From Candidatus Eiseniibacteriota bacterium (GTDB lineage Bacteria; Eisenbacteria; RBG-16-71-46): DNA of 64,000 nt. The stretch covers positions 224,001 to 288,000 of the forward strand of contig CAVZLN010000006.1 in NCBI GenBank assembly GCA_963776245.1, written 5' to 3'. The notes beneath the pieces are model-generated. The model was not told the DNA's origin, ran no database searches, and saw only the letters and a list, made by a program, of their open reading frames with translations. Made by a program: the position numbers and the translations under genes. Below, in pieces: positions 32,824 to 42,419 of this stretch (positions are counted from its first letter, which is position 1; each line of letters begins with the position of its first letter).

Positions 32824-32852
32824 GGACGTGCCAGGTCCAGTTTTCGCTGAAG

Positions 32853-32921
32853 TTACTTCTTCTTCTTCGCAGCCTTCTTCTTCGTGGCCTTCTTCTTCGC
32901 AGCCTTCTTCTTGGCAGCCAT
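32853..32921 (-). CDS. 22-aa Lys/Ala-rich histone-H1-like peptide MAAKKKAAKKKATKKKAAKKKK
   Basis: ATG 32921 to TAA 32853, preceded by AAGGAGGTGATC (extended SD). An in-frame TGA just upstream fixes the start. All 13 Lys codons are AAG. Below the ORF-track length cut-off. Confidence 0.85.
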   Translation of the reverse strand: MAAKKKAAKKKATKKKAAKKKK

Positions 32922-33059
32922 TGGTGATCACCTCCTTGTCGATTCACTCGTTCGACGGACCATTCGGCCCACCGAAGACATAGTGCGCCGCATCTTCGCG
33001 GCCGGACGGCCTTCTGCGGAGCTCCCGAGTGCCCAGCATGGCCTCAGTCAGTGTATTGA

Positions 33060-33075
33060 TGCAGCCGGCATGCCA
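33060..33075 (-). promoter_or_regulatory. Sigma54 -24/-12 promoter of the Lys-rich peptide gene
   Basis: Minus strand TGGCATGCCGGCTGCA (GG-N10-GC), about 140 bp upstream of the ATG. Confidence 0.7.
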
Positions 33076-33105
33076 CGATCGACGGATGAATCACTCGCTG
33101 GACGA

Positions 33106-33301
33106 TAAAATGTTGTGGTTGAACATGATGACCGGCCGATTCCGATGGATCCACCAGGTCCGGAGCGGTGGAGAGCGCTGTGGACAACCGGCATAACTGT
33201 CAAGATTATTGGGCGTTAGCCGGATGATGGTCAGCAATGTCATGCAGTACATGACGTTACTGGATACTGTCCACTTCCTGGCTGGTGTCAAGATACTTGA
33301 C
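33106..33301. promoter_or_regulatory. Candidate IHF site and bEBP enhancer (UAS) dyads
   Basis: AT-richer tract containing TAAAATGTTG (33106-33115, YAA-N4-TTG core), a GTCAAG half-site at 33199, dyad GTCATG-N5-CATGAC (33239-33255) and dyad GTCAAG-N3-CTTGAC (33287-33301). Confidence 0.5.
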
Positions 33302-34685
33302 GACTGACCTCGTCATCGATCCGCAGCCGCCTCAGCTTCTCGATCAGACCCTGCCGCGAGATGCCGAGCACGCGAGCGGCGCGGCTCTTGTTGCCCGCGA
33401 CCAGTCGCATCACCTCGCTGATGTGCTCGGCCTCGATCTGGGCCAGCGTGGGCATCGCCAGGGCTGTCCGGTGACGCGTCGCGGGGAGCGCCGCCGGCCG
33501 TCGCGCCGCGGCCGAGGATCTCGGAGGACAGGTGGTCGAGCGCGATGGTCTCACCCTCCTCGAGCAGCACCACGCGCTCGACGAGGTTCTTCAGCTCGCG
33601 CACGTTCCCGGGCCAGGCATACGCGAGCATCGCCTGCGCCGCCCCGTCACTGATGGAGGCGAAGCGCTTCTGGAACTTGCGCGAGAACTCCTGCACGAAG
33701 TGCTGCCCGAGCATCAGGATGTCGTCTCCGCGTTCGCGGAGCGCCGGCAGGTGGATGCTCACCACCTTGAGGCGGAAGAACAGGTCGCTGCGGAAGCGGC
33801 CCGACCGCACCTCGAGATCGAGGTCCTTGTTGGTCGCGGCGACGATGCGGATGTCGACGGCGATGTCGAGCGCCCCGCCCACGCGCTTGAAGTTGCGGTG
33901 GTCGATGAAGCGCAGCAGCTTCGCCTGGGTGGGCAACGGCATGTCCGCGACCTCGTCCAGGAACAGGGTGCCGCCGTCGCACAGCTCGACCAGCCCCTTC
34001 TTGGTGTCGGTGGCGTCGGTGAACGCGCCGCGCTCGTGCCCGAACAGCTCGTTCTCGAGCAGGCTCTCGTGGAACGAGGAGCAGTTCACCTCCATCAGCG
34101 GCTGCTGGGCACGGTCGCTGCGGTAGTGGAGGGCACGAGCGACCAGCTCCTTGCCGGTGCCGCTCTCACCGGTGATGAGCACCGAGGTCGCCTGGCTGCG
34201 CACCACCTTCTCGATGAGGTCGCTCACTTCGCGCATCGGGCCGGAGGTGCCGATGATCTCCTCCCCCGTCCAGGCGGCTCCACGCCTGGCGCCGATACAG
34301 GTCGAGCTCGCTCGCCTGGCGGAAGTGCCGGCTCGCGGACTCCACCGCGAGCACGATGTCCTCCATCTCGTACGGTTTGCGCAGGAAGTCGCACGCGCCG
34401 AGCTTCATGGCGTCCACCGCGGACTGGACGTCGCCGTACGCCGTGATGAGCACCACCTGCAGCAGCGGGTCCACTTCGCGGGCGCGCCGCAGCACCGAGA
34501 GTCCGTCGGTGTCGGGCAGGCGCATGTCGAGGATCATGACCTGCGGCCGTCACCTCCCGCACCTTGTCGAGGCCTTCCGCCCCGGTGCTCGCGAGCTCCA
34601 CGGCGTAACCGCGCGCGCGCAGCACCTTGGCCAGGGACTTGCGGATCAGGAGCTCGTCGTCGACCACCAGGACCGAGGTCTTCAT
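33288..34685 (-). CDS. NtrC-family sigma54-dependent response regulator (REC-AAA+-HTH), with three +1 frameshifts near 34550, 34271 and 33462
   Basis: VVDDE/ILDMRLP receiver, GESGTGKE, GAFTDA, LFLDEV, FRSDLFFRL, WPGNVREL and a Fis-type HTH GNKSRAARVLGISR, spread across four ORF fragments. Confidence 0.92.
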
Positions 34686-34692
34686 CGGGCGC

Positions 34693-35794
34693 TCACTCTT
34701 CGGGCCGCCCCGGCATCTCGGCCGGCACCGGCAGGGAGACGCGCAGCGTGGCGCCGCCGCCGGGGTTGTTCTTGGCGGTGATCACGCCGCCGGCCTCGCG
34801 CACGATCTGCACCGAGATGGACAGCCCGAGCCCGGTGCCCTTCGATCGCGTGGTGAAGAACGGGTCGAAGATCTTGTCCATGAGCTCCTTGGGGATGCCC
34901 ACGCCGAGGTCGGTGAACGACACGTCCACCATCGACCGCCGGGTGCGGTATCGGCGCACGCCGGTGGTCACCCGCAGGGCGCCGCCCTCCGGCATCGCCT
35001 GGACCGCGTTCAGGCACAGGTTCAGGAACACCTGCTGCACCAGGTCGGGGTCCACGAACACGAGCGGGAGGTCGTCGGTCAGCTCTCGCGAGAGCTGGAT
35101 CTCGGCGTCGCCGAGCTGGAGCTCGAGCATCGCGAGCGTGCGGTCGAGCACGGCGTGGAGGTCGGTGGGCTGTGGCTGCGCCGCCGGCGGCCGCGCGAAC
35201 ATGAGCAGCCCGGTGATGATCTGCTCGATGCGGTCCAGCTCCTTGATGACGTCGTCGAGGTCCTCGCGCCGCGGATCGTTGGGCTTGAACTTGGAGCCGA
35301 CGAACTGGACCGTGGTGCGGATGCCGGTGAGCGGATTGCGGATCTCGTGGGCGACGTAGGCCGAGAGCTCGCCGAGCGAGACCAGCCGGTCGATGCGCTT
35401 CTGGAACTCGCCGTCCTCGGTCTCGGAGATGGCCTCGGCGAGCACGACCGAGCCCACCACGTCACCGTCCTCGTCGCGCATCGGCAGCGACTCGGCCTTG
35501 AGCGTCAGCTCGCGCTCGTCGGTCTCGATCCGGAAGTCGCGCGCCTCGCGCGACGCGCCTTTGAGCCAACGCGCGTCGGCGCCCGGGAACAGCCGCGTGC
35601 CCGGGCAGGCCGAGGAACGCCCCCGGCTCAGCGCCGAGCATCTCGTCGAGACGCCGGTTGTAGTAGAGGACACGGCGCTCGCGGTCGAGCGCGACGACCA
35701 CCTGCTCGAGCGTGTCCAGCACCTGGGAGGACAGCGCCGGGGAGCGCGCCGGGGTCTCGGGCTCCCCATGCCGGCTCGGGGTCTCACTGCGCAT
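34693..35794 (-). CDS. PAS-domain sensor histidine kinase, no obvious TM segment, with a +1 frameshift near 35600
   Basis: PAS-like VVALDRERRVLYYN, H-box AHEIRNPL, N-box QVFLNLCLNA and G-boxes DLGVGI/FDPFFTT/GTGLGL. Confidence 0.9.
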
Positions 35795-35994
35795 GGGCGG
35801 TAGGCCTCCACTGAAACGCGACCGATGCGCCAGTGGTATCACAGGCCCGCGGCCCGGGCAATGATCCGTGTGCGTTCCCGCCCGTCCCGGCCGGGCTCGG
35901 GCGCTCGTCCACGGCGCACGCGGCGGGCCGCTCGTCGCGTCGCGCGTGCCGTCCGCCGCGCGTCGTCGGGCGCGCGCGGCGGGCGCTCTCGGGG

Positions 35995-36023
35995 TTGTCT
36001 CGGGGTGGCCCGGCTGATAGAGT
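35995..36023 (+). promoter_or_regulatory. Putative sigma70 promoter of the PPIase gene
   Basis: TTGTCT-N17-TAGAGT with TGn. Confidence 0.45.
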
Positions 36024-36081
36024 ATCCAGCCGCTTTCCGCTCATCCGATCACCGTCCTTCCTCCCTCATCCGGAGTCCCGC

Positions 36082-37903
36082 ATGCTTCGTTTCCTGCGCG
36101 GCGGTGGCAAGCGCACCAAGACCATCTGGTGGTCCGTCGCCATCATCACCATCGTCGGTTTCCTCGCCGGCTTCGTGTTCCTGTTCGGCGCCGGTCTGGA
36201 CACCACGCAGAACGCGCGCGCCACCGGCGCGGTGGCCGTGGTGGACGGTGAGCGCATCTCGAACGTGGACTTCCAGAACGCGCTCGTCCAGCAGCGCGAG
36301 GCGTTACCGGCGCCAGTTCGGTGCGATCCCGCCGAGCGCGACCAGCGGATGCTCGAGACCCAGGCGTGGCGGACGCTCGTCACCGAGCGTCTGGTCACGG
36401 CCAAGGCGCTCCAGTTCGGGCTGCGAGGCGACCGACAAGGACGTCAGCCTGGCGATGAAGACGAACCCGCCGCAGGCGCTCCTGATGATGCCCGACTTCC
36501 AGACCAACGGGCAGTTCGACATCAACAAGTACCGTTCGGCGCTGCAGAACCCGAACATCAACTGGGCTCCTTTCGAGGAGATGGCGCGCAAGCAGATCCC
36601 GATGCGGAAGCTGGAGGAGCGGCTGCTCGCTTCGATCAAGGTCACGGACGCTGAACTGCGCCAGACCTTCCACGATCGCAATGACCGCATCGACGCGACC
36701 GTGGTCGCGCTGCTCCCCGCCGCCGACACCAAGGTGGCCGCGCCCACCGAGGCCGAGCTCCAGGCGGCCTACGACCGCTTCAAAGGGCGTTTCGGCTCGG
36801 GCCTGCGGGTCCAGCTCGAGGTGCTCCAGGTGCCGAAGCGGTATGGAGAGCGGGAACTGCGCGAGGCGCTCGAGCTGGCGAAGAGCCTGACGGAACGGGC
36901 GCGCCGCGGGGAGAAGTTCGAGGATCTCGCCCGGGACTTCAGCGAGGGCCCCAACGCCGACCAGGGCGGCACGCTGCCGCGCCCGGTGACGATGCAGGAG
37001 CTCGGCCCCCAGATGGGCCCCCAGGTCTTCTCGCTCCCGCCCGGCTCCGTGCTCGACCCGGTCGGGGACGCGGGCCGTTTCGTGATCCTCAAGGTGATCG
37101 AGAAGATGCCGCCGGCCGCGAATGGCCAGCCGCAGATGCGCATCGGGCAGATCATCGTCAAAGCCAAGTCCGACGACGCCTCGGTGCGCAAGCAGGTCGA
37201 TGAGCTCAAGAAGCTGCGCGCGCGCGCGGCGGGCTCGAAGAGCCTCGCGCAGGCGGCCACGGCCGGCGGGCTCACGACCTTCAAGACCTCGTACTACGAC
37301 TTCGCCAACCCGCCCAACGAGCTCTACTCGGTCCCCGAGGCCGCCGAGTGGGGCCTCGGCGCGAAGCCGGGCGAAGTGAGTCCGGTGTTCGAGGGGATCG
37401 ACGAGTACGTGGTCGCGCAGGTGTCGGGGCGCCACTCCGGTGGCCCGGCGCCGCGCTCGGAGGTGGCCGAGCCCATCCGCCAGGTCGCCGAGCTGGGCAA
37501 GAAGGTGGATGCGCTCAAGGGCAAGGCCGACGCGCTCGCGCAGGCGGTGGCCGCCGGCCAGCGGCTCGAGGACGCGGCCCGCGCCCAGGGGCTGCAGGCC
37601 GAGCGCATCAGCGGCATGACGCGGTCGACGCCCGACCCGCGTCTCGGCGCCCCGGAGGCGCTCGGCGCGCTGTTCTCCGCCCGGCCGGGCGTGGTGGTGG
37701 GCCCGGTGCGCGCGCTCACCGGCTGGTACTTCGTGCGCCTCGAGAACGTGGCCGCGGCGCCCGACACCGCCTACGAGCGGACCAAGACCACGCTGGCGCG
37801 CGAGATCCTGCAGCGGCGCCAGCAATCGTTCTTCGTGGGCTTCGTGAGCGGTCTCCGCGAGCATTCAGCCGTGAAGGACCTGCGCAACCTCGCGGCGGAC
37901 TGA
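36082..37903 (+). CDS. SurA/PpiD-like membrane-anchored parvulin PPIase, with indels near 36304, 36324 and 36424
   Basis: N-terminal TM segment, VAVVDGERIS SurA_N motif and the rotamase motif FEDLARDFSEGPNADQGG. About 606 aa once the frames are joined. Confidence 0.82.
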
Positions 37904-38032
37904 GCGCGGATCGCGGACACCAGCGAGCATCACGGCGCGGCAGCGCGCCGCACCCCACGACGGCGCGACCCCGGTCGCGCCGTCGGCGTTCGCGGGCGGA
38001 GAGCGCTGCGGAGAGCGCTCACGCCCGCGCGG

Positions 38033-38230
38033 TCACTCGACGGGCTTGTTGTCGGGCGGCTTGGGGGTCTCGTCGCGCTGGATCTCGTCCTTGATCTCGC
38101 GCTGCGCCTTGCGGAATTCCTTCATCGCCTGACCGAGCCCGCGCGCCAGGTTGGGCAGCTGGCTGGGCCCGAAGACCAGCAGCACCAGAACGAGTACGAT
38201 CGCGATCTCGCCGCCACCGAGTCCGAACAT
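38033..38230 (-). CDS. tatA: Twin-arginine translocase TatA/E
   Basis: MFGLGGGE...LLVFGPSQLPNLARGLGQAMKEFRKA, with a GGAGGA SD. Confidence 0.95.
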   Translation of the reverse strand: MFGLGGGEIAIVLVLVLLVFGPSQLPNLARGLGQAMKEFRKAQREIKDEIQRDETPKPPDNKPVE

Positions 38231-38245
38231 CGTGTCCTCCTCTCC

Positions 38246-38674
38246 CTACTGGGGATCCCAGCGGAGCCGGCTGCGGTCGCTGCCGATCACCACCGTCACG
38301 TCCGCCAGATCCGAGTCCCATGCCTGCCGGATCACCGGCGGCCCGCCCAGATAGCGGGCCACGGCACGCGCGGCGACCGGATCGTCGCGCCGCGCGACGA
38401 CGACCGACGCGAACCAGTCCGCGCGATCGGCGTTGCTCACCTCCACCACCTGAAATCCACCCTCGCGCAGGTACGAGGCGATCCGCGAGGCGATCCCGCC
38501 CTCGCCCGAGCCGTTCAGCACCTGCACCCGCGTCTGGCGCGGCGGCGGCCCCGGCGCGCGCGTGCTCGGCGCGGGCCGGAAGCTCGACCACCCCCACGAC
38601 AGCACCAGCGTCCCCACCATCATCGCGAGCGCCCAGAAGGCCACGCGCCCGCCGCGCTCGGCGATCTTACCCAC
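38246..38674 (-). CDS. LytR C-terminal domain membrane protein
   Basis: TM segment, then VQVLNGSGEGGIA...SNAD...DVTVVIGSD. Confidence 0.85.
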   Translation of the reverse strand: MGKIAERGGRVAFWALAMMVGTLVLSWGWSSFRPAPSTRAPGPPPRQTRVQVLNGSGEGGIASRIASYLREGGFQVVEVSNADRADWFASVVVARRDDPVAARAVARYLGGPPVIRQAWDSDLADVTVVIGSDRSRLRWDPQ

Positions 38675-39224
38675 GCGTCACGCTCTGCGCCCGACGGCGC
38701 GACCCCGCGCGCGGCGGGGCCTCGAGCGCGCGCAGCGCGGCGCGCAGACGCGTCCACGTGCGCCCCAGCGACTCGGGCAGCACCCGCGTGCCGCCCAGCA
38801 CCGGCATGAAGTTGGTGTCGCCGTCCCAGCGCGGCACCAGGTGCAGGTGCAGGTGCCGGAGCACCCCCGCTCCGGCCACGCGGCCGAGATTCACGCCCAC
38901 GTTGATGCCGTGCGGTGCATACTCCGCCGCCAGCGCGCGCTCCGCAAGGCCGGTGAGATCGAGCAGGTCCGCGCGCTCCGCGGGGGTCAGTTCGTGGAAG
39001 GCGCCGGTGTGGCGCGCCACCGCCACCATCAGGTGGGCCGGATTGTACGGGTAGCGATTGAGCATGAGCAGCGCGTGGGGCCGCCGCGCCAGCACCAGGT
39101 GGGCGCGGTCGCCGCGCGCGCGGCGCACCCGGCAGAACAGACAGCCCCGGGGCTCGTGCGCGCGGTGGATGTACTCCATGCGCCACGGCGACCACAGGCG
39201 CGCGTACGCGTCGGCACCTTTCAT
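38667..39224 (-). CDS. HIT-family nucleotide hydrolase/phosphorylase
   Basis: LWSPWRMEYI, CLFC, NRYPYNPAH and HLHLHLVPRW. Confidence 0.92.
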   Translation of the reverse strand: MKGADAYARLWSPWRMEYIHRAHEPRGCLFCRVRRARGDRAHLVLARRPHALLMLNRYPYNPAHLMVAVARHTGAFHELTPAERADLLDLTGLAERALAAEYAPHGINVGVNLGRVAGAGVLRHLHLHLVPRWDGDTNFMPVLGGTRVLPESLGRTWTRLRAALRALEAPPRAGSRRRAQSVTRG

Positions 39225-39988
39225 GCCCCGGCCCTCCCTCCGCCCAGTTCGCGGTGCACGCGCTCGGCGTCCTCGAGTTGTTCCACGGTGTTGATGCCGA
39301 GCAGTTCCCGGTACTCCGGGGCGCACACCACCGCGCCCGCGTGACCGGCGCGCTGGAGCAGCTCCACGGTGTCGGTCAGATAGTACTCGCCCTGGGAGTT
39401 GCCCGCCGTCAGCCCCGCCAGCACCTGGGCCAGCGCCGGGTAGTCGAACGCGTAGATGCCCGAGTTCACCTCGTGGATGGCGCGCTGCTCCGGCGTGGCG
39501 TCGCGGTGCTCCACGATCGCGGTGATGCCGTGCTCGCCGGCGCGCAGGATGCGACCGTAGCCGGTCGGATCGGGGAGCCGCATGGAGAGCACGGTGACGG
39601 CGGCGCCGCTCGCGCGGTGCCCCTCGAGCAGCGCGTGGAGGGTCGCGGCGCGCAGCAGCGGCGTGTCCCCGCACACCACCAGCAACGTGCCCTCGAACTC
39701 CTCGAGCGCGGGACCCGCCATCATCACCGCGTGCCCGGTGCCGCGCTGGTCGGCCTGCACCACCCACTCCACTTCGGCGTCGGCGAAGGCGGCTCGGACA
39801 CGGTCGCGCTGGTGCCCGATCACCACCAGCGTGCGTCCCACCCCGAGGTCCTCGAGCGTGTCCAGCACGTGGCCGAGCAGCGGCCGGCCGGCCACCTGGT
39901 GCAGCACCTTGGCCATGTCGCTCTTCATGCGGGTGCCCTGTCCGGCGGCGAGCACGAGCGCGGCGACCTCGGGATGGCGGTGGGTCAT
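39221..39988 (-). CDS. GlmU-like nucleotidyltransferase, N-terminal (uridyltransferase) domain only
   Basis: LAAGQGTRMKS, GTGHAV, GDTPL, PTGYGRI and NSQGEYYLTD. Ends before any hexapeptide acetyltransferase domain. Confidence 0.88.
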   Translation of the reverse strand: MTHRHPEVAALVLAAGQGTRMKSDMAKVLHQVAGRPLLGHVLDTLEDLGVGRTLVVIGHQRDRVRAAFADAEVEWVVQADQRGTGHAVMMAGPALEEFEGTLLVVCGDTPLLRAATLHALLEGHRASGAAVTVLSMRLPDPTGYGRILRAGEHGITAIVEHRDATPEQRAIHEVNSGIYAFDYPALAQVLAGLTAGNSQGEYYLTDTVELLQRAGHAGAVVCAPEYRELLGINTVEQLEDAERVHRELGGGRAGA

Positions 39989-40884
39989 CGGGGCTCCCAT
40001 TCGAGGTTGTCGATCAGCCGCGCCGGCCCCACGCGCGCGGCGACGGCCAGCAGCACGCGGCCCTCCACCCGGCGCACCGGACGCAGGGTGATGGCATCCA
40101 CCACCGCGACGTAGTCCTCGCGCACCAGCGGATACGCGCGCCAGACGCGGCGGATGGCGGTCTTGAGCCGCGCCGCCGAGCGCTCGCCGGCCCGCAGCGC
40201 CCGTTCGGCCGCGCCCAGCCCGCGCACCAGCGCGACCGCCTGGGCACGATGGTCGCCGTCCAGATAGGCGTTCCGGCTCGAACACGCCAGCCCGTCGCGT
40301 TCGCGCACGGTGGCGCCGCGGCGCACCTTCACCGGGAGCAGCAGGTCCCGGCACATCTGCTCGAGCACCCGTGCCTGCTGCGCGTCCTTCTGCCCGAGCC
40401 ACAGGTCGTCCGGCGCCACGGCGTGGAGCAGCTTCAGGACCACCGTGGCCACGCCCTCGAAATGACCGGGCCGCACCGCGCCCTCGAGCACGTCGCCCAG
40501 CCCGGTCACCCGCGTGCGCGTGCGCTCGCCGGCGGGGTACACGTCCGTCTCCCGCGGCGCCCACAGCAGGTCGACACCCTCGCGCGCCAGCAGCGCGCGG
40601 TCGCGCGCCAGGGAGCGCGGGTAGCGGCGGTAGTCCTCGGTCGGCCCGAACTGCAGCGGGTTCACGAAGATGCTCACCACCACGCGGTCGGCCACGGCGC
40701 GCGCGCGCCCCACCAGCGCGAGATGGCCCGCGTGCAGCGCGCCCATGGTGGGCACCAGGGCCACCCGCGACCCGCGCGCGCGCCACGCCGACACCGCCCG
40801 CCGCACGTCCTCGACGCGCCGCACCATCGCCAGGGCGGGTCGCGCCGGAGTGCGCCCGCCGGGGCGCGCCGCCCGCGTCGCCAT
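39985..40884 (-). CDS. panC: Pantoate-beta-alanine ligase
   Basis: PTMGALHAGH, FVNPLQF, GQKDAQQ, SSRN and RLIDN. Confidence 0.96.
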   Translation of the reverse strand: MATRAARPGGRTPARPALAMVRRVEDVRRAVSAWRARGSRVALVPTMGALHAGHLALVGRARAVADRVVVSIFVNPLQFGPTEDYRRYPRSLARDRALLAREGVDLLWAPRETDVYPAGERTRTRVTGLGDVLEGAVRPGHFEGVATVVLKLLHAVAPDDLWLGQKDAQQARVLEQMCRDLLLPVKVRRGATVRERDGLACSSRNAYLDGDHRAQAVALVRGLGAAERALRAGERSAARLKTAIRRVWRAYPLVREDYVAVVDAITLRPVRRVEGRVLLAVAARVGPARLIDNLEWEPR

Positions 40885-41708
40885 CAGTAGGACTCCCGCT
40901 CCGCGGGGAAGCGCCGCTCGCGCACGTCGGCGACGAAGCGGCGGAAGGCGTCGCGCGCGGTGTCCGCCAGTTCGGCGTAGCGCCGCACGAACCTCGGCTG
41001 ATGCCCGAGGTAATAGCCCAGCAGGTCGTGGCTCACCAGCACCTGCCCGTCGCACCCGGGCCCCGCGCCGATGCCGATGGTGGGGATATCGAGGGCGCGC
41101 GTCACGGCCGCGCCGAGCGCCGCGGGGATGCCCTCGAGCACCAGCGCGAAGCAGCCCGCCTCCTCCAGCAGCCGCGCCTCGCGCAGCAGCCGCTCCTGGT
41201 CGGCCTCGGAGCGCGCCTGCACCCGGTACCCGCCGAAGGCGAGCACGCTCTGCGGCGTCAGACCGAGGTGCCCCATCACCGGGATGCCGCTGGCGACGAT
41301 GCGCCCCACCGCGGGGACCACGCGCTCCCCGCCCTCGAGCTTGATCGCGTCGGCGCCTCCTTCCTGCACCATCCGCCCGGCGTTGGCGACCGCCTGTTCG
41401 ACGCTGACCTGGTACGACATGAACGGCATGTCGCCGACCACCAGCGCCGCCGGACGCGCGCGCGTCACGGCCCGGACGTGGTGGAGCATGTCGTCCATGG
41501 TGACCGGCAGCGTGCTGTCGTAGCCCAGCACCACCGTGCCGAGACTGTCGCCCACCAGCAGCACGTCGACCCCCGCTTCGTCGGCGAGTCGCGCGCCCGG
41601 GAAGTCGGACGCCGTGACGACCACGATGGGGCGCTGCTGCCGCTTCAACTCGACCACCGCGGGCGCCGTGATCCTCGCGCGCGCGGCCGGGAGCTCTCCG
41701 CCATTCAT
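40884..41708 (-). CDS. panB: Ketopantoate hydroxymethyltransferase
   Basis: LVGDSLG, KLEGG, GHLGLTPQ and GIGAG. Confidence 0.97.
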   Translation of the reverse strand: MNGGELPAARARITAPAVVELKRQQRPIVVVTASDFPGARLADEAGVDVLLVGDSLGTVVLGYDSTLPVTMDDMLHHVRAVTRARPAALVVGDMPFMSYQVSVEQAVANAGRMVQEGGADAIKLEGGERVVPAVGRIVASGIPVMGHLGLTPQSVLAFGGYRVQARSEADQERLLREARLLEEAGCFALVLEGIPAALGAAVTRALDIPTIGIGAGPGCDGQVLVSHDLLGYYLGHQPRFVRRYAELADTARDAFRRFVADVRERRFPAERESY

Positions 41709-42355
41709 CCGCTGCCTCCCCCTTCGATCGGCGTGTAGTACACCGTGCCCGTCCCGTGCGAGAGGATGCGCTTGAGCAGGTCCTCGAAGTCGTCCGGGTT
41801 GTTCACGAAGTCGATGGCGTTGGTGTTCACCACCAGCAGCGGGGCATCGGTGTAGTGGAAGAAGAAGTGGTTGTACGCCTCCACCAGCTGCTCGATGTAG
41901 CCGCGCTCCATGTCCTTCTCGAACGGGCGCGCGCGCCGCGAGATGCGCTCCATCAGCGTCTCGGCGGTGGCCTGCAGGTAGATCACGACGTCGGGCTTCA
42001 CCACCTCCAGCTCGAGCCAGCCCACCAGCCGCTCGTAGAGCGCGAGCTCGCGCTCCGACAGGTTCAGACGCGCGAAGATGCGATCCTTGGCGAACAGGTA
42101 GTCCGCCACCAGGCGGTCGCTGAACAGCTCGGTCTGACGCAGATTGCGCTGCTGCTGGTAGCGGCTGAACAGGAAGTGCATCTGCGTCTGGAACGCGAAT
42201 CGCGCCCGGTCCTTGTAGAAGTCCTTGAGGAACGGGTTCTCCTCCACCTCCTCGAGCACCAGCTTGGCCTGCAGCCGCTCGGTGAGCAGGCGCGCGAGGC
42301 TCGTCTTGCCCACGCCGATGACGCCCTCGACGCCGATGTAGCGATTCTCGGTCAT
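41705..42355 (-). CDS. Deoxynucleoside kinase family protein
   Basis: EGVIGVGKTSL P-loop and NPFL..FY. Confidence 0.93.
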   Translation of the reverse strand: MTENRYIGVEGVIGVGKTSLARLLTERLQAKLVLEEVEENPFLKDFYKDRARFAFQTQMHFLFSRYQQQRNLRQTELFSDRLVADYLFAKDRIFARLNLSERELALYERLVGWLELEVVKPDVVIYLQATAETLMERISRRARPFEKDMERGYIEQLVEAYNHFFFHYTDAPLLVVNTNAIDFVNNPDDFEDLLKRILSHGTGTVYYTPIEGGGSG

Positions 42356-42419
42356 GACGGACGGCGGCGCGCGGGCGCGCAGGCGCCGCGCGGGGCGCGG
42401 CCGGCGAAGGCTGCGAGCG

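Noticed and set aside
32818..32833. TGGCAC on the minus strand as another sigma54 promoter for uvrA
   Set aside because: The -12 position reads GG rather than GC.
32853..32915. (CTT)n / 15-bp tandem repeat read as a microsatellite or CRISPR-like array
   Set aside because: Fully explained as Lys/Ala codons of the small ORF. There are no unique spacers and no cas genes.
32619..33050. tmRNA, SRP, 6S or tRNA identity for the structured region
   Set aside because: No tRNA-like ends or T-loop, no tag peptide ending in AA, and no SRP GGAA-loop domain was recognised.
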